The position numbers and the translations under genes were made by a program. 64,000 nucleotides of DNA from a virus (lineage: Duplodnaviria; Heunggongvirae; Uroviricota; Caudoviricetes), in the IMG/VR virus record IMGVR_UViG_3300012347_000256. One strand, written 5' to 3'. Within the stretch, counting starts at the first letter, position 1; each line of letters begins with the position of its first letter. The notes beneath the pieces were generated by a model. That model saw only the letters and a list, made by a program, of their open reading frames with translations, was not told where the DNA came from and searched no databases. Shown one piece after another: positions 1-10,066 of the stretch.

Positions 1-1933
1 ACCACTTAGCAGCAATAGCACCACCAGACTGGAATAAAACGTTAATAAGGCTGTGTTTACTGCGGGTTGATAGCAACCTACCATCAAGGCCCGGAATGCT
101 CTTCTTGCCGCTTGATTCCCAACGTTGCTCTACACGTTCTTTTAACTCTTTGAGTGCAGGTACAGCGTCCCAATATTCATTAAACAAACGCTGACCTTCT
201 GCTTCACTGATGCCAAGCATTTTAGATAGCTTCTTAGGTTGTGCTCCGTAGATCGCAGCGTAAGAAAACGATTTTGCAGAACTACGATCAATACCAAGTT
301 TACGTGCATTAATACTGTGAATATCATTTGGCTTTTCTGCAACCAAAGCTGCAGCTAAGTCAACTCCTGCAGTATACGGCAGAACATAATGCCCCATTAC
401 TCGTGCCTCTAGTGAAGCAAAGTCATAACCTAGTTGCCACAGCCCTTTACCACTACCAAACAGTGTACGCATTTGTTCACCGTAAAGCGAAGTAACACGA
501 GGTACATTACAAACGATCTTATGACGATAGCGCCCTGTATTAGCTCCTAAAGTATCTGCAGGTGTAGGTACACGACCATCTTCACGAACAGCGCTTAAAA
601 AGCCTGTCATTGGTTCACCATCTTCATCCAGCACACCACCAGCAATGGAGTTCTTTCTATGACGGTATGTGTAGTAATGCACAACATCTTTAACGAACTC
701 AGCTTTTTGACCTAGTGCTATAAGATTAGGACAGATTTCTTTCTCAACACCTACAGTAAGTTTAGGTGTAGTCGGAAGATAAATAGGTTTTGTTCCGTTG
801 ATCTTTTTCATCAAGAATGCACGAAGGTTTTCCATACGTACATCTAAAAGCTCTAGACGTAGATCACGAAACACGGATGTTTCCGTTTGCTTTACGTATC
901 TATCAATAGCTTCAATAATACCGTTGTAATCTCTTGTGCTTTTGTCAGTCTTCTTGACGATATCACGTTCTTTGACTTCAGATGGAACCCAACCAAGCGA
1001 AATCAAGTAACCTTTGACAACATCAATATCTTCAATATCTGCATCTTCTTCACTCTTTAAAGGTTCGTCTGTAGTAATAGGAAATGACTTACCATCAAAA
1101 CTAATGCTCTTTTGATCAGCAGACAAAACAGCAGAAGTCTTTTCACAGAACTTTAAAAGATTAGCAGAGACTTCACCGTTCTTTTTAAAACGAATCTTAG
1201 GTAACTGATAAAAACTTGCGTTAGCTTGCGTCATTCTCTTTTTAGGTAACAATGGATCAACGCCGACAGCAATATCTTGCATCAGTGTAGTTAATTCAAG
1301 AATGTTCTTATGAGCAAGCTCTGCGTTAAAATCAAAGCCAAACAGTTCTTGACGAAGCGTGAGATCAGTGAGTTTAACTTCCATACTGTACGGTTTGCTC
1401 CAATCGTGTTTACCTTGCTCTTTAACAAGTTCATTAAGTACTGAAGCATTTACGTTAGTATCTTGAATACAGTAATCCAACATTTCTTGAGAGAAGCGGT
1501 CCCACTCTTCAAAGTGAATTTTATTGTTACCCAATCGCTTACCCCAAGCATCTAGACTGTGACCACCAAGGCGATCAGCATTTAGAAGTTTAGACCACAA
1601 GAGTGTATCTGTGATTTTAACAGGCTTACCAAACAACGTACTAGGTTGACTGGGATAACCTACAGTGTAGTCAAGTACACCGTACAGCATCAACACAGGT
1701 AAGTCAAAAGCTACGATGTTATGACCAATCAATTCAGTGCAATCCGACAAGATACGGCTGAGATTGCTGTATGTAATCTCTTCTTTAACCAAAGAAACAA
1801 CAGCTTTAGTGTCTAGATTACGAATGACAATACACCAGACTTTGTATTCTGGCTTTAGCTTGTAAGGCATACAAGAGTAATCCAAGCCGTTCTGCAGCAA
1901 TCCGTTTGATTCAATATCAATCACATATCTCAT
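1..1933 (-). CDS. DNA polymerase, family A (T7 gp5-like), partial; N-terminus at 1933, gene continues past window start
   Basis: Manual reverse translation gives an uninterrupted frame from ATG at 1933-1931 down to position 1 (MRYVIDIESNGL... 3'-5' exonuclease DxE motif). It contains DFASLEARV (the polA motif A DYSQIELR equivalent) and RSSAKSFSYAAIYG (O-helix motif B). It is absent from the ORF track because its stop lies outside the window. Confidence 0.85.
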   Translation of the reverse strand, partial: MRYVIDIESNGLLQNGLDYSCMPYKLKPEYKVWCIVIRNLDTKAVVSLVKEEITYSNLSRILSDCTELIGHNIVAFDLPVLMLYGVLDYTVGYPSQPSTLFGKPVKITDTLLWSKLLNADRLGGHSLDAWGKRLGNNKIHFEEWDRFSQEMLDYCIQDTNVNASVLNELVKEQGKHDWSKPYSMEVKLTDLTLRQELFGFDFNAELAHKNILELTTLMQDIAVGVDPLLPKKRMTQANASFYQLPKIRFKKNGEVSANLLKFCEKTSAVLSADQKSISFDGKSFPITTDEPLKSEEDADIEDIDVVKGYLISLGWVPSEVKERDIVKKTDKSTRDYNGIIEAIDRYVKQTETSVFRDLRLELLDVRMENLRAFLMKKINGTKPIYLPTTPKLTVGVEKEICPNLIALGQKAEFVKDVVHYYTYRHRKNSIAGGVLDEDGEPMTGFLSAVREDGRVPTPADTLGANTGRYRHKIVCNVPRVTSLYGEQMRTLFGSGKGLWQLGYDFASLEARVMGHYVLPYTAGVDLAAALVAEKPNDIHSINARKLGIDRSSAKSFSYAAIYGAQPKKLSKMLGISEAEGQRLFNEYWDAVPALKELKERVEQRWESSGKKSIPGLDGRLLSTRSKHSLINVLFQSGGAIAAKW

Positions 1934-2478
1934 TAAACATCCTTCCAATTCCGACCATTAATAGCAGCCCATACTGTTGTGTAAAGTCTATCATACTTTG
2001 TAGCAATAGCTCTGTATGATAGGCCAGCTTTAAAATCTTTTTTCATGTTGCTCACTAATTCTACAGACAGTACTGCTCTTGGGTGTTTATCCATTGCGTT
2101 AGAGTTGAAACCTTTTTCGTAAGAATGCAGAACATTTTGACGATGTGTTATCCACTCTAAATTAGAAACATCATTATTCAAACGATTAGAATCCTTATGA
2201 TTTATTTCTAAACTTTCAGAGTGATTTCCTAGAAAAGCTTCTGCTACAAGTCTATGCACTAGCTTAGATTTAGCTACATTATTAAAACGTAAAGAAACGT
2301 GTTTATAACCGTCTTTGTTTACAGCAGGTGATAGAATTTTAGGTTTTGTAAGCCATTGGACTATTTTACCATTTCTATTTATAGTTTTTACATATATCTT
2401 GCTTCTGACCAGACCAGTACTAGAGATTTCGTACCTTTCTGGAAAAATAGGCGAATCCTTCCATTCAATAAGTTCCAT
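1933..2478 (-). CDS. HNH homing endonuclease with C-terminal HTH
   Basis: 181 aa. HNH core EINHKDSNRLNNDVSNLEWITHRQN. Its stop overlaps the polymerase ATG (TAATG). Confidence 0.75.
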   Translation of the reverse strand: MELIEWKDSPIFPERYEISSTGLVRSKIYVKTINRNGKIVQWLTKPKILSPAVNKDGYKHVSLRFNNVAKSKLVHRLVAEAFLGNHSESLEINHKDSNRLNNDVSNLEWITHRQNVLHSYEKGFNSNAMDKHPRAVLSVELVSNMKKDFKAGLSYRAIATKYDRLYTTVWAAINGRNWKDV

Positions 2479-2536
2479 GTCTTCCTTCCAAATAAATAAG
2501 CCCCAAGTCTATCACAACTTGGGCTTATGTCAACTT

Positions 2537-4252
2537 TCAATGATTGTTTAACCAGTCATCTAAGTTATGCAATGTATGTGTGGCATTATCGTAGTAGATA
2601 AAACCAGCTGGACCTGTTAGACCACATACTCGATTCTTAGTAACAGTGATTTCAGTACTATTACGAATTAACTCACTTTCAGCCATCTTGTCTCGTTTGA
2701 GTAAAATGTTAGCTGAAGCTGATTTAATGATCGTACTAGAACCCATGATGTTTTGTTCGCTGTCAGCACCGCTTTGACCTGCTGGAGTTTTACGCATGTG
2801 GTTAATAAACACAAAAGTAATACCGTGACTTTTGATAAAACCCTTAGCCCACTTCATGAAATTAGCTTGTTCTTCATTTGAGAGTCCGTCAAGAATATCC
2901 TGCAGTGGGTCAAGAACAATAACCTTAGCACCGCAAGATGAAACTAACTCTTCAACAGTGTCTTGAATCTCTTCAATTGTACCATCACGATTGTCCAGCA
3001 GATAAAATCTAGAATCACCGTCCTCTTTGATTGTAAGCTCTTTTGCTTTATCAATCACACGATTAGTACTAAGATAAGCGATCTTTTCGTCTTGACTTTC
3101 AATCAATGCAAGTTTCTTTTCAAGGTGTCTTGACAGTAGCACTTCACCGTATTGTCCTGCATCAAGTTCCATTGAGACAATACCTACAGTATGCGGAGAG
3201 TTAAAAATCCAATAGTAAATCAATTCGTTTACTAAAGTTGTCTTGCCAATACCTGTGTCAGCTGCGATATTAATGATGTGTCCTAATGGCATACCACCAA
3301 CAAACAGCTCATTGAGTTTTTGCATCATAGGTGGAAAAGGAATCTTAGCCACTGCAGTTTGACCCATGATTCGATCATAAAGATTACTAGAAGCTAATAC
3401 ACCGACAGGTACTTGCTTTTTAGCTTCATAGAAATCATTAACAAATTCCTTTGCTTTATCTTTTTCTAAGTACTCATTTGCATCTTTATACCGCATAGGC
3501 ATAATCTTAACTTTACCTTTTGGTAATACTTTAAGAAGCTGCTCTGTAGCTGTTTGACCAGCTTTATCATTATCGTATGAAATGATGATATTCTCAAAGG
3601 AATCAAAGAACCGGAATTGACCTGCGATCTGTTTGTGTGAATTAGCGCCTGTAGTTGGAGAGACAACTGCAGTTTCATAATCCCGACCTTTACTGTTATT
3701 ATATTCCGATAACATCTGGTAAGCAGATAAAGCGTCAATCTCACCTTCAGTAATGATTACATATTTGCCACCTCGATTGAATTTAAACTGCATGAACAAC
3801 TCGCAGTCCGCACCAGTACGACCCTTAGAGTAAAAGTTCTTAGGCACTTCACGGACCTTGTAGCCCACTAATTGACCGTCTTGTGTGCAAGGGTAGTACT
3901 GCTCAATAACTTCGCCTGTATCCTCTGCAAAAGCATGTCGTACACCGAACTTAGCATATACACTATCATCAATCTCCCGAAAGCCCTTAGCTTTAACAGA
4001 AGTTTCTGCCTTAATCTCTGCATTCTCTTCAGGTGTCAGTGCAGGTTTGGTACTTGGTTTAACTTCCATATCTTCTTCCTTTTTAACGCTAGAGCGAACT
4101 CTAGAGGGTTTCTTTTGATTTGCTTCTTTAAACTCTTCAGATGGTATTGTGTGCTCACAAACGAAACAGTGACTTGATTCGTCTTGATACAGTGCTCTAC
4201 CATCTGAACTGCCGCATTTATCACAACTTGTATGTCTGATGAAAGCTGCCAT
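2537..4252 (-). CDS. bifunctional primase-helicase (T7 gp4-like)
   Basis: 571 aa. N-terminal Cys4 zinc-binding domain (CDKCGSS...CFVCEH), TOPRIM-like E and DND motifs, then a DnaB-like Walker A (ADTGIGKTT) and Walker B (VIVLDPLQ). Confidence 0.9.
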   Translation of the reverse strand: MAAFIRHTSCDKCGSSDGRALYQDESSHCFVCEHTIPSEEFKEANQKKPSRVRSSVKKEEDMEVKPSTKPALTPEENAEIKAETSVKAKGFREIDDSVYAKFGVRHAFAEDTGEVIEQYYPCTQDGQLVGYKVREVPKNFYSKGRTGADCELFMQFKFNRGGKYVIITEGEIDALSAYQMLSEYNNSKGRDYETAVVSPTTGANSHKQIAGQFRFFDSFENIIISYDNDKAGQTATEQLLKVLPKGKVKIMPMRYKDANEYLEKDKAKEFVNDFYEAKKQVPVGVLASSNLYDRIMGQTAVAKIPFPPMMQKLNELFVGGMPLGHIINIAADTGIGKTTLVNELIYYWIFNSPHTVGIVSMELDAGQYGEVLLSRHLEKKLALIESQDEKIAYLSTNRVIDKAKELTIKEDGDSRFYLLDNRDGTIEEIQDTVEELVSSCGAKVIVLDPLQDILDGLSNEEQANFMKWAKGFIKSHGITFVFINHMRKTPAGQSGADSEQNIMGSSTIIKSASANILLKRDKMAESELIRNSTEITVTKNRVCGLTGPAGFIYYDNATHTLHNLDDWLNNH

Positions 4253-4267
4253 TTTACTCCTTATAGT

Positions 4268-5299
4268 TTATTCATTTTTGAGCAACCAAGAATTTGAAAT
4301 TGCCTTCCATGAGCGATCATGCACAGTGTTACTCTTAAATACAACTCCTTCGCGATTACTGCCGTTAAGCAAAGACTTACCCTCTGCATATTGTAACAGA
4401 CTTTGAATCGTATGATCATTAAGCCTAGCGATATCACGAATGATAGGTACATGCTTTAACCCAAGCTTTTCACACGCTGATTCAAGCTGTACAGGCAAAA
4501 TGTATTGTCCTGTGTGAGTATTGTACATGTCGTAAACGTAGAAGTCAAGCTGTGTTTTGTACTGATTACCTTGGATGCCTTCACCGATCATCTCACCTTG
4601 AATTGCCATACCTAGCATAAAGTTCCTACGCATGATGCCTTCGATATCAAACTTACGTGCTACTTTCCAGAATGAATTTGCTTCGTCTTCTTTCAGGTCT
4701 AAGTTACGTGAACACACATGAAATACACCTTCGTCATCAAGATAGAATGTGCAAGAGGAACCATCAAGTTTTTCTGTGATTGACCAAGTGTCTTGCTGGT
4801 ACTCTGCAAATTCTCGTGTCAAATTTTGGATTCTAGGCTGATCAGTCTTCGGTACAAGCGCAGGGAAATTACCTCGTGCCATACCAGCGAGTTGAGCATT
4901 CATTGGGCGTTCCCATTTGATGATACCAAGAATATCACTTACATCTGATCCTTCGAATTCATCAGGAGCTACCCAAACAGCAGCCCTTACTTCTGTAATA
5001 ACAGATAAGGGTAGCAACAAACCTTGTGAGATTTGCCCACGTAGTTTTACTGTACGTAGGCGTTCACCTTTGATACCTTCGTATTCCCGAGGCTCTTTAC
5101 CTTTGGATAAAAATGGTGCAAGTTCTGTTGGCACAAAACTATCCACTTCCAGAAACACCACTAAATCACCCACAGAGTATTTATCCACTGTATCTACTAC
5201 GAACCAACCATCTACACCATACGCACAGATTTTATCTGCCTCTGGAATAGACCTTACTTCTGAGATTTTTCTGATGCTAGCTAATTTACGTTCTGTCAT
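4268..5299 (-). CDS. RNA ligase family protein (PF09414 / DraRnl-like nick-sealing ligase)
   Basis: 343 aa. N-terminal MTERKLASIRKISEVRSIPEADKI...GWFVV...GDLVVFLEVDSFVP signature typical of this family. Motif I KLDGSS (KxDGS adenylation lysine). Confidence 0.65.
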   Translation of the reverse strand: MTERKLASIRKISEVRSIPEADKICAYGVDGWFVVDTVDKYSVGDLVVFLEVDSFVPTELAPFLSKGKEPREYEGIKGERLRTVKLRGQISQGLLLPLSVITEVRAAVWVAPDEFEGSDVSDILGIIKWERPMNAQLAGMARGNFPALVPKTDQPRIQNLTREFAEYQQDTWSITEKLDGSSCTFYLDDEGVFHVCSRNLDLKEDEANSFWKVARKFDIEGIMRRNFMLGMAIQGEMIGEGIQGNQYKTQLDFYVYDMYNTHTGQYILPVQLESACEKLGLKHVPIIRDIARLNDHTIQSLLQYAEGKSLLNGSNREGVVFKSNTVHDRSWKAISNSWLLKNE

Positions 5300-5324
5300 A
5301 ATTTATCCTTTCATTATCATGATA

Positions 5325-5672
5325 TTAATCCATAGCCTTATAATTACTTTCTTTACAATCGTATAGAAAATAGTTATCTCCAAATCCTTGCAATACCATA
5401 TTTTTACCCGGACACACAACAAAATATTTGTGACCAAGTTTTGATAATACAACATCTGAAGTCTGAAATTTAGCTTTATATTTTTCTTTTAATCTGTATC
5501 TTTTGTTAGCAAAAGGGAAATCGTGATAAGTCAAGGATAGATTATCACTTAACAGAATAGAGTCTGGATATTTAGAGATTACTTCAATTTCTTTAAGTTT
5601 TCTCTGATCGTAGAAAATATCTCCAGAGATTGCACCGTTAATATAGTAATTTTCTTGTGTATTTATCATCAT
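5325..5672 (-). CDS. hypothetical protein
   Basis: 115 aa ORF sitting tightly between the two ligase genes in the same orientation. Confidence 0.5.
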   Translation of the reverse strand: MMINTQENYYINGAISGDIFYDQRKLKEIEVISKYPDSILLSDNLSLTYHDFPFANKRYRLKEKYKAKFQTSDVVLSKLGHKYFVVCPGKNMVLQGFGDNYFLYDCKESNYKAMD

Positions 5673-5678
5673 TATCCT

Positions 5679-6626
5679 TTACATGTTGATTTCACTACGA
5701 ATGCACTTGAACTGAGCAAACCTTGGCTTATCTTTCAATCCAAACGACATATACTCAAATTCTACCACATGATTGATCATTTCTGCAGGATTGCTCCAGT
5801 AGTATTTGCGTTCTTTGTCCGTTAGACTACCAGTTGCAATTGTTAGCTCAGTACCGATTGCAGCTATTTCTTTACTATAACAATCTAGCAAAGGAGTAAC
5901 AAGTGTACCAACAATAGCACCAAGATTACCTTTACCTACAAGATTTTCTTGATTAGTACTTCGTTCAGTACGTCCAAGTTCATTAGTCTTAGCTTCATTT
6001 AAATTGTGCATCTCTTCTACAAATGAGGTTACACGAATCTCTGCTGTAGCATAAGGTTTGTAACGCCACAGATGAGCCTTTGTAGAGGAGCTACGACCTT
6101 CCTTGTGGGGTAGACTAGGGTCACGCACGATACAGCCTTCGTAGCCCATCTGCAGGTATTCATCACGAGTAGATAAATACTCTTGCATGTTTTGGACTGT
6201 AGAAACTGGAATCATCTTAATAAAAGTAAAACCCTTGAGATTTAACTCCTGTACTTTCAAAGCTAACAATTTAATACGTGAATCATAAGATAGCTTTTCA
6301 GTACTAGGTAGCACATAATCAAAACACCATAAGGAAGTTTCTGGTTCTCCTTGAATACGGCGAACACCTGATCCAGTATTTCTGCAAAGGTCTTCTGCTG
6401 TTGGGTTATTTCCTACAATAAGTTCACCACGTAGACCATCAAATATATTGTCACTGTAACATGAAGTAGTAAACAGGTTTTCATGCTGTTTAAGACTGCG
6501 TGCATAGAGCTGGCCGTTCTGTACAAAAGCAAATACACCGTCAATTTTAGGTGAAATCATTAATGGAAACTTTAACTTAGACTCTTCAATGTCTTTAGCT
6601 AACATGGGTTTGGTGATTGTCATCAT
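5679..6626 (-). CDS. ATP-dependent DNA ligase (T7 gp1.3-like)
   Basis: 315 aa. PMLA start context, motif I SPKIDGV, motif IV EGCIVRDP, motif V KAHLWRYKP; collinear with T7 ligase motifs. Confidence 0.9.
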   Translation of the reverse strand: MMTITKPMLAKDIEESKLKFPLMISPKIDGVFAFVQNGQLYARSLKQHENLFTTSCYSDNIFDGLRGELIVGNNPTAEDLCRNTGSGVRRIQGEPETSLWCFDYVLPSTEKLSYDSRIKLLALKVQELNLKGFTFIKMIPVSTVQNMQEYLSTRDEYLQMGYEGCIVRDPSLPHKEGRSSSTKAHLWRYKPYATAEIRVTSFVEEMHNLNEAKTNELGRTERSTNQENLVGKGNLGAIVGTLVTPLLDCYSKEIAAIGTELTIATGSLTDKERKYYWSNPAEMINHVVEFEYMSFGLKDKPRFAQFKCIRSEINM

Positions 6627-6729
6627 CGTGCTCCTACTTTAAAAATGCGATATCGTTTGTTACCAAGCTTCAAGTATACACCAGCATAGTAGAAAATCTT
6701 AGGCGATTGCCAAATTAATTTTGGGAAGT

Positions 6730-7029
6730 TCATGTAGTACTCCAAAAAGAATACGTTTGTTCAAAGATATCTGGTTTGCAAGGATAGAACTCACCTTTGA
6801 TACCTTTGATGATCCAGTCGTTAGGTTTTGCTGTAATAGCTCCCTCTAGGGTCAATATAACCCATGAATAAGGAGTATTAGCAGGTGTCCAATCTTCATC
6901 ATAAATAAATTTAATTGTAATCAATTCTGGAAAGCATTTAGAAATATGCGTAGCATTCTCTCTTGTGCCGTCCCACTGCAAAGCTTCAATGACCACTGGT
7001 TTCTTTACAAATTTCATTCTTGATTCCAT
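6730..7029 (-). CDS. hypothetical protein
   Basis: 99 aa ORF in the compact minus-strand operon. Confidence 0.5.
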   Translation of the reverse strand: MESRMKFVKKPVVIEALQWDGTRENATHISKCFPELITIKFIYDEDWTPANTPYSWVILTLEGAITAKPNDWIIKGIKGEFYPCKPDIFEQTYSFWSTT

Positions 7030-7229
7030 TCTTGATAAATTTCACGAGCTTCATCAAAACCTTGCCAATTGTCTACACCAGCTGCTTCTAGTGCATCCAA
7101 CCACATAATGCGATCAAGCATTTTATTGTATTCTTCTTCAGAGATTGTAATCATCGTTGTACCACCTGCAAGATCATATTGATTCCCTGTAGTATCATCT
7201 GCTGTTCCATAGGATTTAACTGCTGCCAT
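7014..7229 (-). CDS. hypothetical protein
   Basis: 71 aa, overlaps its neighbours by a few codons. Confidence 0.45.
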   Translation of the reverse strand: MAAVKSYGTADDTTGNQYDLAGGTTMITISEEEYNKMLDRIMWLDALEAAGVDNWQGFDEAREIYQEWNQE

Positions 7230-7289
7230 GTGCGTTTGTCACCGAACTTCTCAGCGACTTTAGACCAAAATAATTCTACATCAGACATT

Positions 7290-7505
7290 TTAAAGTTCTC
7301 CTTTTAGTTGACCAGCTTTAAAACATTCTTCAAGTATATCACACAATCGAAGAAACTTATCGTAATCATTGTTACAGATACCATAAAGCAATTCTGTTGC
7401 TAGTGGTAACTTATGCAGATTATATGGGTTGTTTGGTACAGAAGATTTGGCAGTTAAAAACCAGTGATCGAATGCGCTGTTACCAATACTTGTAAACTCA
7501 CTCAT
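7290..7505 (-). CDS. hypothetical protein
   Basis: 71 aa. Confidence 0.45.
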   Translation of the reverse strand: MSEFTSIGNSAFDHWFLTAKSSVPNNPYNLHKLPLATELLYGICNNDYDKFLRLCDILEECFKAGQLKGEL

Positions 7506-7908
7506 TACAAAATTCCTTTCGATAATTCCATTCTTGAATCATCAAGTCTTCTACGTAAGTTCCCTTGATGTGCGTTTGAGTCTCAAGTATAGCAGCAATG
7601 TGGTCATCTTCCATATCACATAAGCAAATATATTTTCCGTATGGTAGATACTCACCGTTCTTACCATAGGATTTCCATACAAAAGCTTCACGGATAGTCT
7701 TGAACGGATCACTCAAGTACACATCCATAGATGTAGCAGGTGTTGTATTTATGCTACGGCGCAAGTAATCATTGCCGCCGTCTACGATAAAAACCTCACC
7801 CGTCAGTTTATCCAGATGCTCCTTGTAGTCATGTCTGTGATAGCTACGTAAATATGTCCCGTCAGGGGTTGTAATAGCATTACAAATAATAACTTCACTC
7901 TTGTCCAT
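7498..7908 (-). CDS. hypothetical protein
   Basis: 136 aa. Confidence 0.5.
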   Translation of the reverse strand: MDKSEVIICNAITTPDGTYLRSYHRHDYKEHLDKLTGEVFIVDGGNDYLRRSINTTPATSMDVYLSDPFKTIREAFVWKSYGKNGEYLPYGKYICLCDMEDDHIAAILETQTHIKGTYVEDLMIQEWNYRKEFCNE

Positions 7909-7910
7909 TT

Positions 7911-8483
7911 TTAATCCTTTACTAATGGGTAACCTGCATCTTGTATGTGAAGCAAATTGATTGCATCTCTTCTACAATTTTTTGCAAGTTCTATTGCTTC
8001 TGTTTTACCGTACTTTTTGTATGGAAAATATTTACATTTAATTTTACCATTCAAATCATTCCATTGGGCTTTGGCATATTTAGCACCATCGAAAGTTGTA
8101 TGTTCGCTTACTCCAACAATTCCAGAAACATTAGTAGGATGCAATTCTTTTGCAATATGACAACTCTGTCTTCTAGAGTTTTCTTTAGCAGTGCAAATTT
8201 CTAAATTTTCTATACTATTATTAAATGGATCACAATCTTTGTGATTAACAACTAAATTATTATCTTTTAAATTTAAAAATAAAATTGCTAATATTCTATG
8301 ACAATAATATGCTTTTTCTCTATATTCTAATCTCCAACCACTTGGTTTACCGTTTCTCTTATAATTTTTCCAACCTGCAAATTTATAATTATTAGACCAT
8401 GATAAACCACTTGGAGATTTCTCATCAAGAAGTACAATAGAATTCCAATCGATTGCGAAATAGTCCTTACTTTTCATCTTCAC
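7911..8483 (-). CDS. HNH homing endonuclease
   Basis: 190 aa. HNH core VVNHKDCDPFNNSIENLEICTAKENSRRQ. Confidence 0.75.
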   Translation of the reverse strand: MKMKSKDYFAIDWNSIVLLDEKSPSGLSWSNNYKFAGWKNYKRNGKPSGWRLEYREKAYYCHRILAILFLNLKDNNLVVNHKDCDPFNNSIENLEICTAKENSRRQSCHIAKELHPTNVSGIVGVSEHTTFDGAKYAKAQWNDLNGKIKCKYFPYKKYGKTEAIELAKNCRRDAINLLHIQDAGYPLVKD

Positions 8484-8612
8484 TCCATACTTCTATAATT
8501 TCAGGGTCATGTGCTGTTGGATCAAAAGATTGTAAGGCTTCTTTAACAGCATCATACTCATTGTCTGCTTCAATTTCAATTTGTTCTTCAATTTGTATTG
8601 TTACGTAATACT

Positions 8613-8984
8613 TCACTTCTGTTTCTCCTTTTTCGGTGTACAAATGATTTTACTGCATTTTGAACATTGGTAGCAATAATCTTTTACTTTGTGAGGCCAT
8701 ATAGGTTCCCATCGGTGCTTACAAGTCATTTGTTCCCTTGCTCGGATGGCGGTGGCGCAATCAAATGTTGCAACATCCCAAACAGATGCATCATTTGCTG
8801 TGCGAGACACGTCAGGAACAAGTTCTTCACACGCCTTTGCACACTCTTCACGCTCATCAGCACGTACAAGGGCTTCAAAACGCTTGAGTTCTTTTGCACA
8901 ATCATTATTAATAGTACTTACATAAAACATGTCGTTGTGTTCTTTGAATCCAGCCTCAAGGGCTATATCTAATATATTTCTCAT
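8613..8984 (-). CDS. hypothetical Cys-rich protein
   Basis: 123 aa with a C-terminal CxxC...CxxC cluster. Confidence 0.5.
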   Translation of the reverse strand: MRNILDIALEAGFKEHNDMFYVSTINNDCAKELKRFEALVRADEREECAKACEELVPDVSRTANDASVWDVATFDCATAIRAREQMTCKHRWEPIWPHKVKDYCYQCSKCSKIICTPKKEKQK

Positions 8985-9068
8985 ATTTTACTCCATTTAC
9001 TTCATTTACTTTATTTACTTTATTTACTTCATTTAAACGATAAAAGGAGAGCCTAAGCTCTCCGTGAG

Positions 9069-9875
9069 TTACTTGATATTAACCATTCCTTTGAAATCCA
9101 TCGGTACAACAATTGTATTTACTTTACCAGCTGCGATACCTTCTGCGATCTTCATCTGTGCTTGAGCTTGCATGTAAGCAATGGATTGACCTGAATTAGA
9201 ACTTAGTGCTGCCATACGCTCGGATTCTTTCTTAGCGATATCTACTTCGGTTTGCTTGATCTTTAGTTCATTTTGAGCACGAACATAGTTAGTAGCAGAC
9301 TGCAGGATTTCAGCATTAGGTAAAATGTTGCGTACTTGCACAACTGTAAGTGTAACGGATGTATCTAACTTTTCAGCTTTGAGTTGCTCAAATACAACAT
9401 CACGAATTTGCTCTTCAATCTTAGCACGATTGTCTGCAATCTCTAAAGACTTGTACTGACGAATAACCTTATAAGCTGCATTGTTTACCAGTGTTGACAT
9501 GTAGTTCTGCATCAAATAGATATCACCTTTGTGCTCAATATGAAATGAACGACTTTTAGTAGAGTAAAGTTCTGCTACTGATGTTGGAGTCAAACCATAG
9601 ACAACTGTAATATCGAAATCAGCCAAAGCACTATTATCAGCAGTCATTGGTGTTTTATTGTCGAGATTAACTGAAATGTCTTTTGTTGGGAATGTAAGAA
9701 TAGAACCAACCATCGTTTGATTCCAAGTTCCCGGTTGTAATTCGTTACCTTCAATTTGCTTTGATGCGTTGACACGCACACCAACCTCACCAGTTTCAAT
9801 ACGGGTGCAACCTACAGATGCAAGTGCAACAGCTACCGCAAGAATAACACTCTGAATGCTTTTCATAAATTTCAT
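9069..9875 (-). CDS. SPFH/band-7 (stomatin-prohibitin-HflK/C-like) membrane protein
   Basis: The 302-aa track ORF is trimmed to the internal start MKFMKSIQSVILAVAVALASVGC, which is preceded by AGGAG. It has an N-terminal signal or anchor followed by an SPFH-like domain with a coiled-coil C-terminus. Confidence 0.75.
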   Translation of the reverse strand: MKFMKSIQSVILAVAVALASVGCTRIETGEVGVRVNASKQIEGNELQPGTWNQTMVGSILTFPTKDISVNLDNKTPMTADNSALADFDITVVYGLTPTSVAELYSTKSRSFHIEHKGDIYLMQNYMSTLVNNAAYKVIRQYKSLEIADNRAKIEEQIRDVVFEQLKAEKLDTSVTLTVVQVRNILPNAEILQSATNYVRAQNELKIKQTEVDIAKKESERMAALSSNSGQSIAYMQAQAQMKIAEGIAAGKVNTIVVPMDFKGMVNIK

Positions 9876-9889
9876 AAATACTCCTTTGA

Positions 9890-10066
9890 TTAAAACAAAA
9901 CCACAATGCCAGCCAGAATTGACACAGCAATGAACCCGAAGAACAGCAAGTATAGCACAGTTTTCACTGCTTTCCACTTTGCAGATGCATCTGACTCTTT
10001 AAAAAAGAAAAATACTCCTGCTACAATCAGTGTTACTAATGACAGCACAAAAATTAGTTTGATCAT
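9890..10066 (-). CDS. small two-TM membrane protein (58 aa)
   Basis: MIKLIFVLSLVTLIVAGVFFFFKESDASAKWKAVKTVLYLLFFGFIAVSILAGIVVLF. Its ATG overlaps the upstream stop (ATGA) and its own stop overlaps the SPFH ribosome-binding site. Missing from the ORF track because it is shorter than 60 aa. Confidence 0.45.
   Translation of the reverse strand: MIKLIFVLSLVTLIVAGVFFFFKESDASAKWKAVKTVLYLLFFGFIAVSILAGIVVLF

Noticed and set aside
142-342. 66-aa minus-strand ORF in the ORF track
   Set aside because: It lies wholly inside the DNA polymerase reading frame in another phase. The polymerase frame is continuous and carries recognisable polA motifs.
9876-9977. N-terminal 34-codon extension (MESSENCAILAV...) of the SPFH ORF
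   Set aside because: It overlaps the better-supported 58-aa membrane-protein gene in another frame. An internal ATG with a strong AGGAG ribosome-binding site gives a plausible signal/anchor start.
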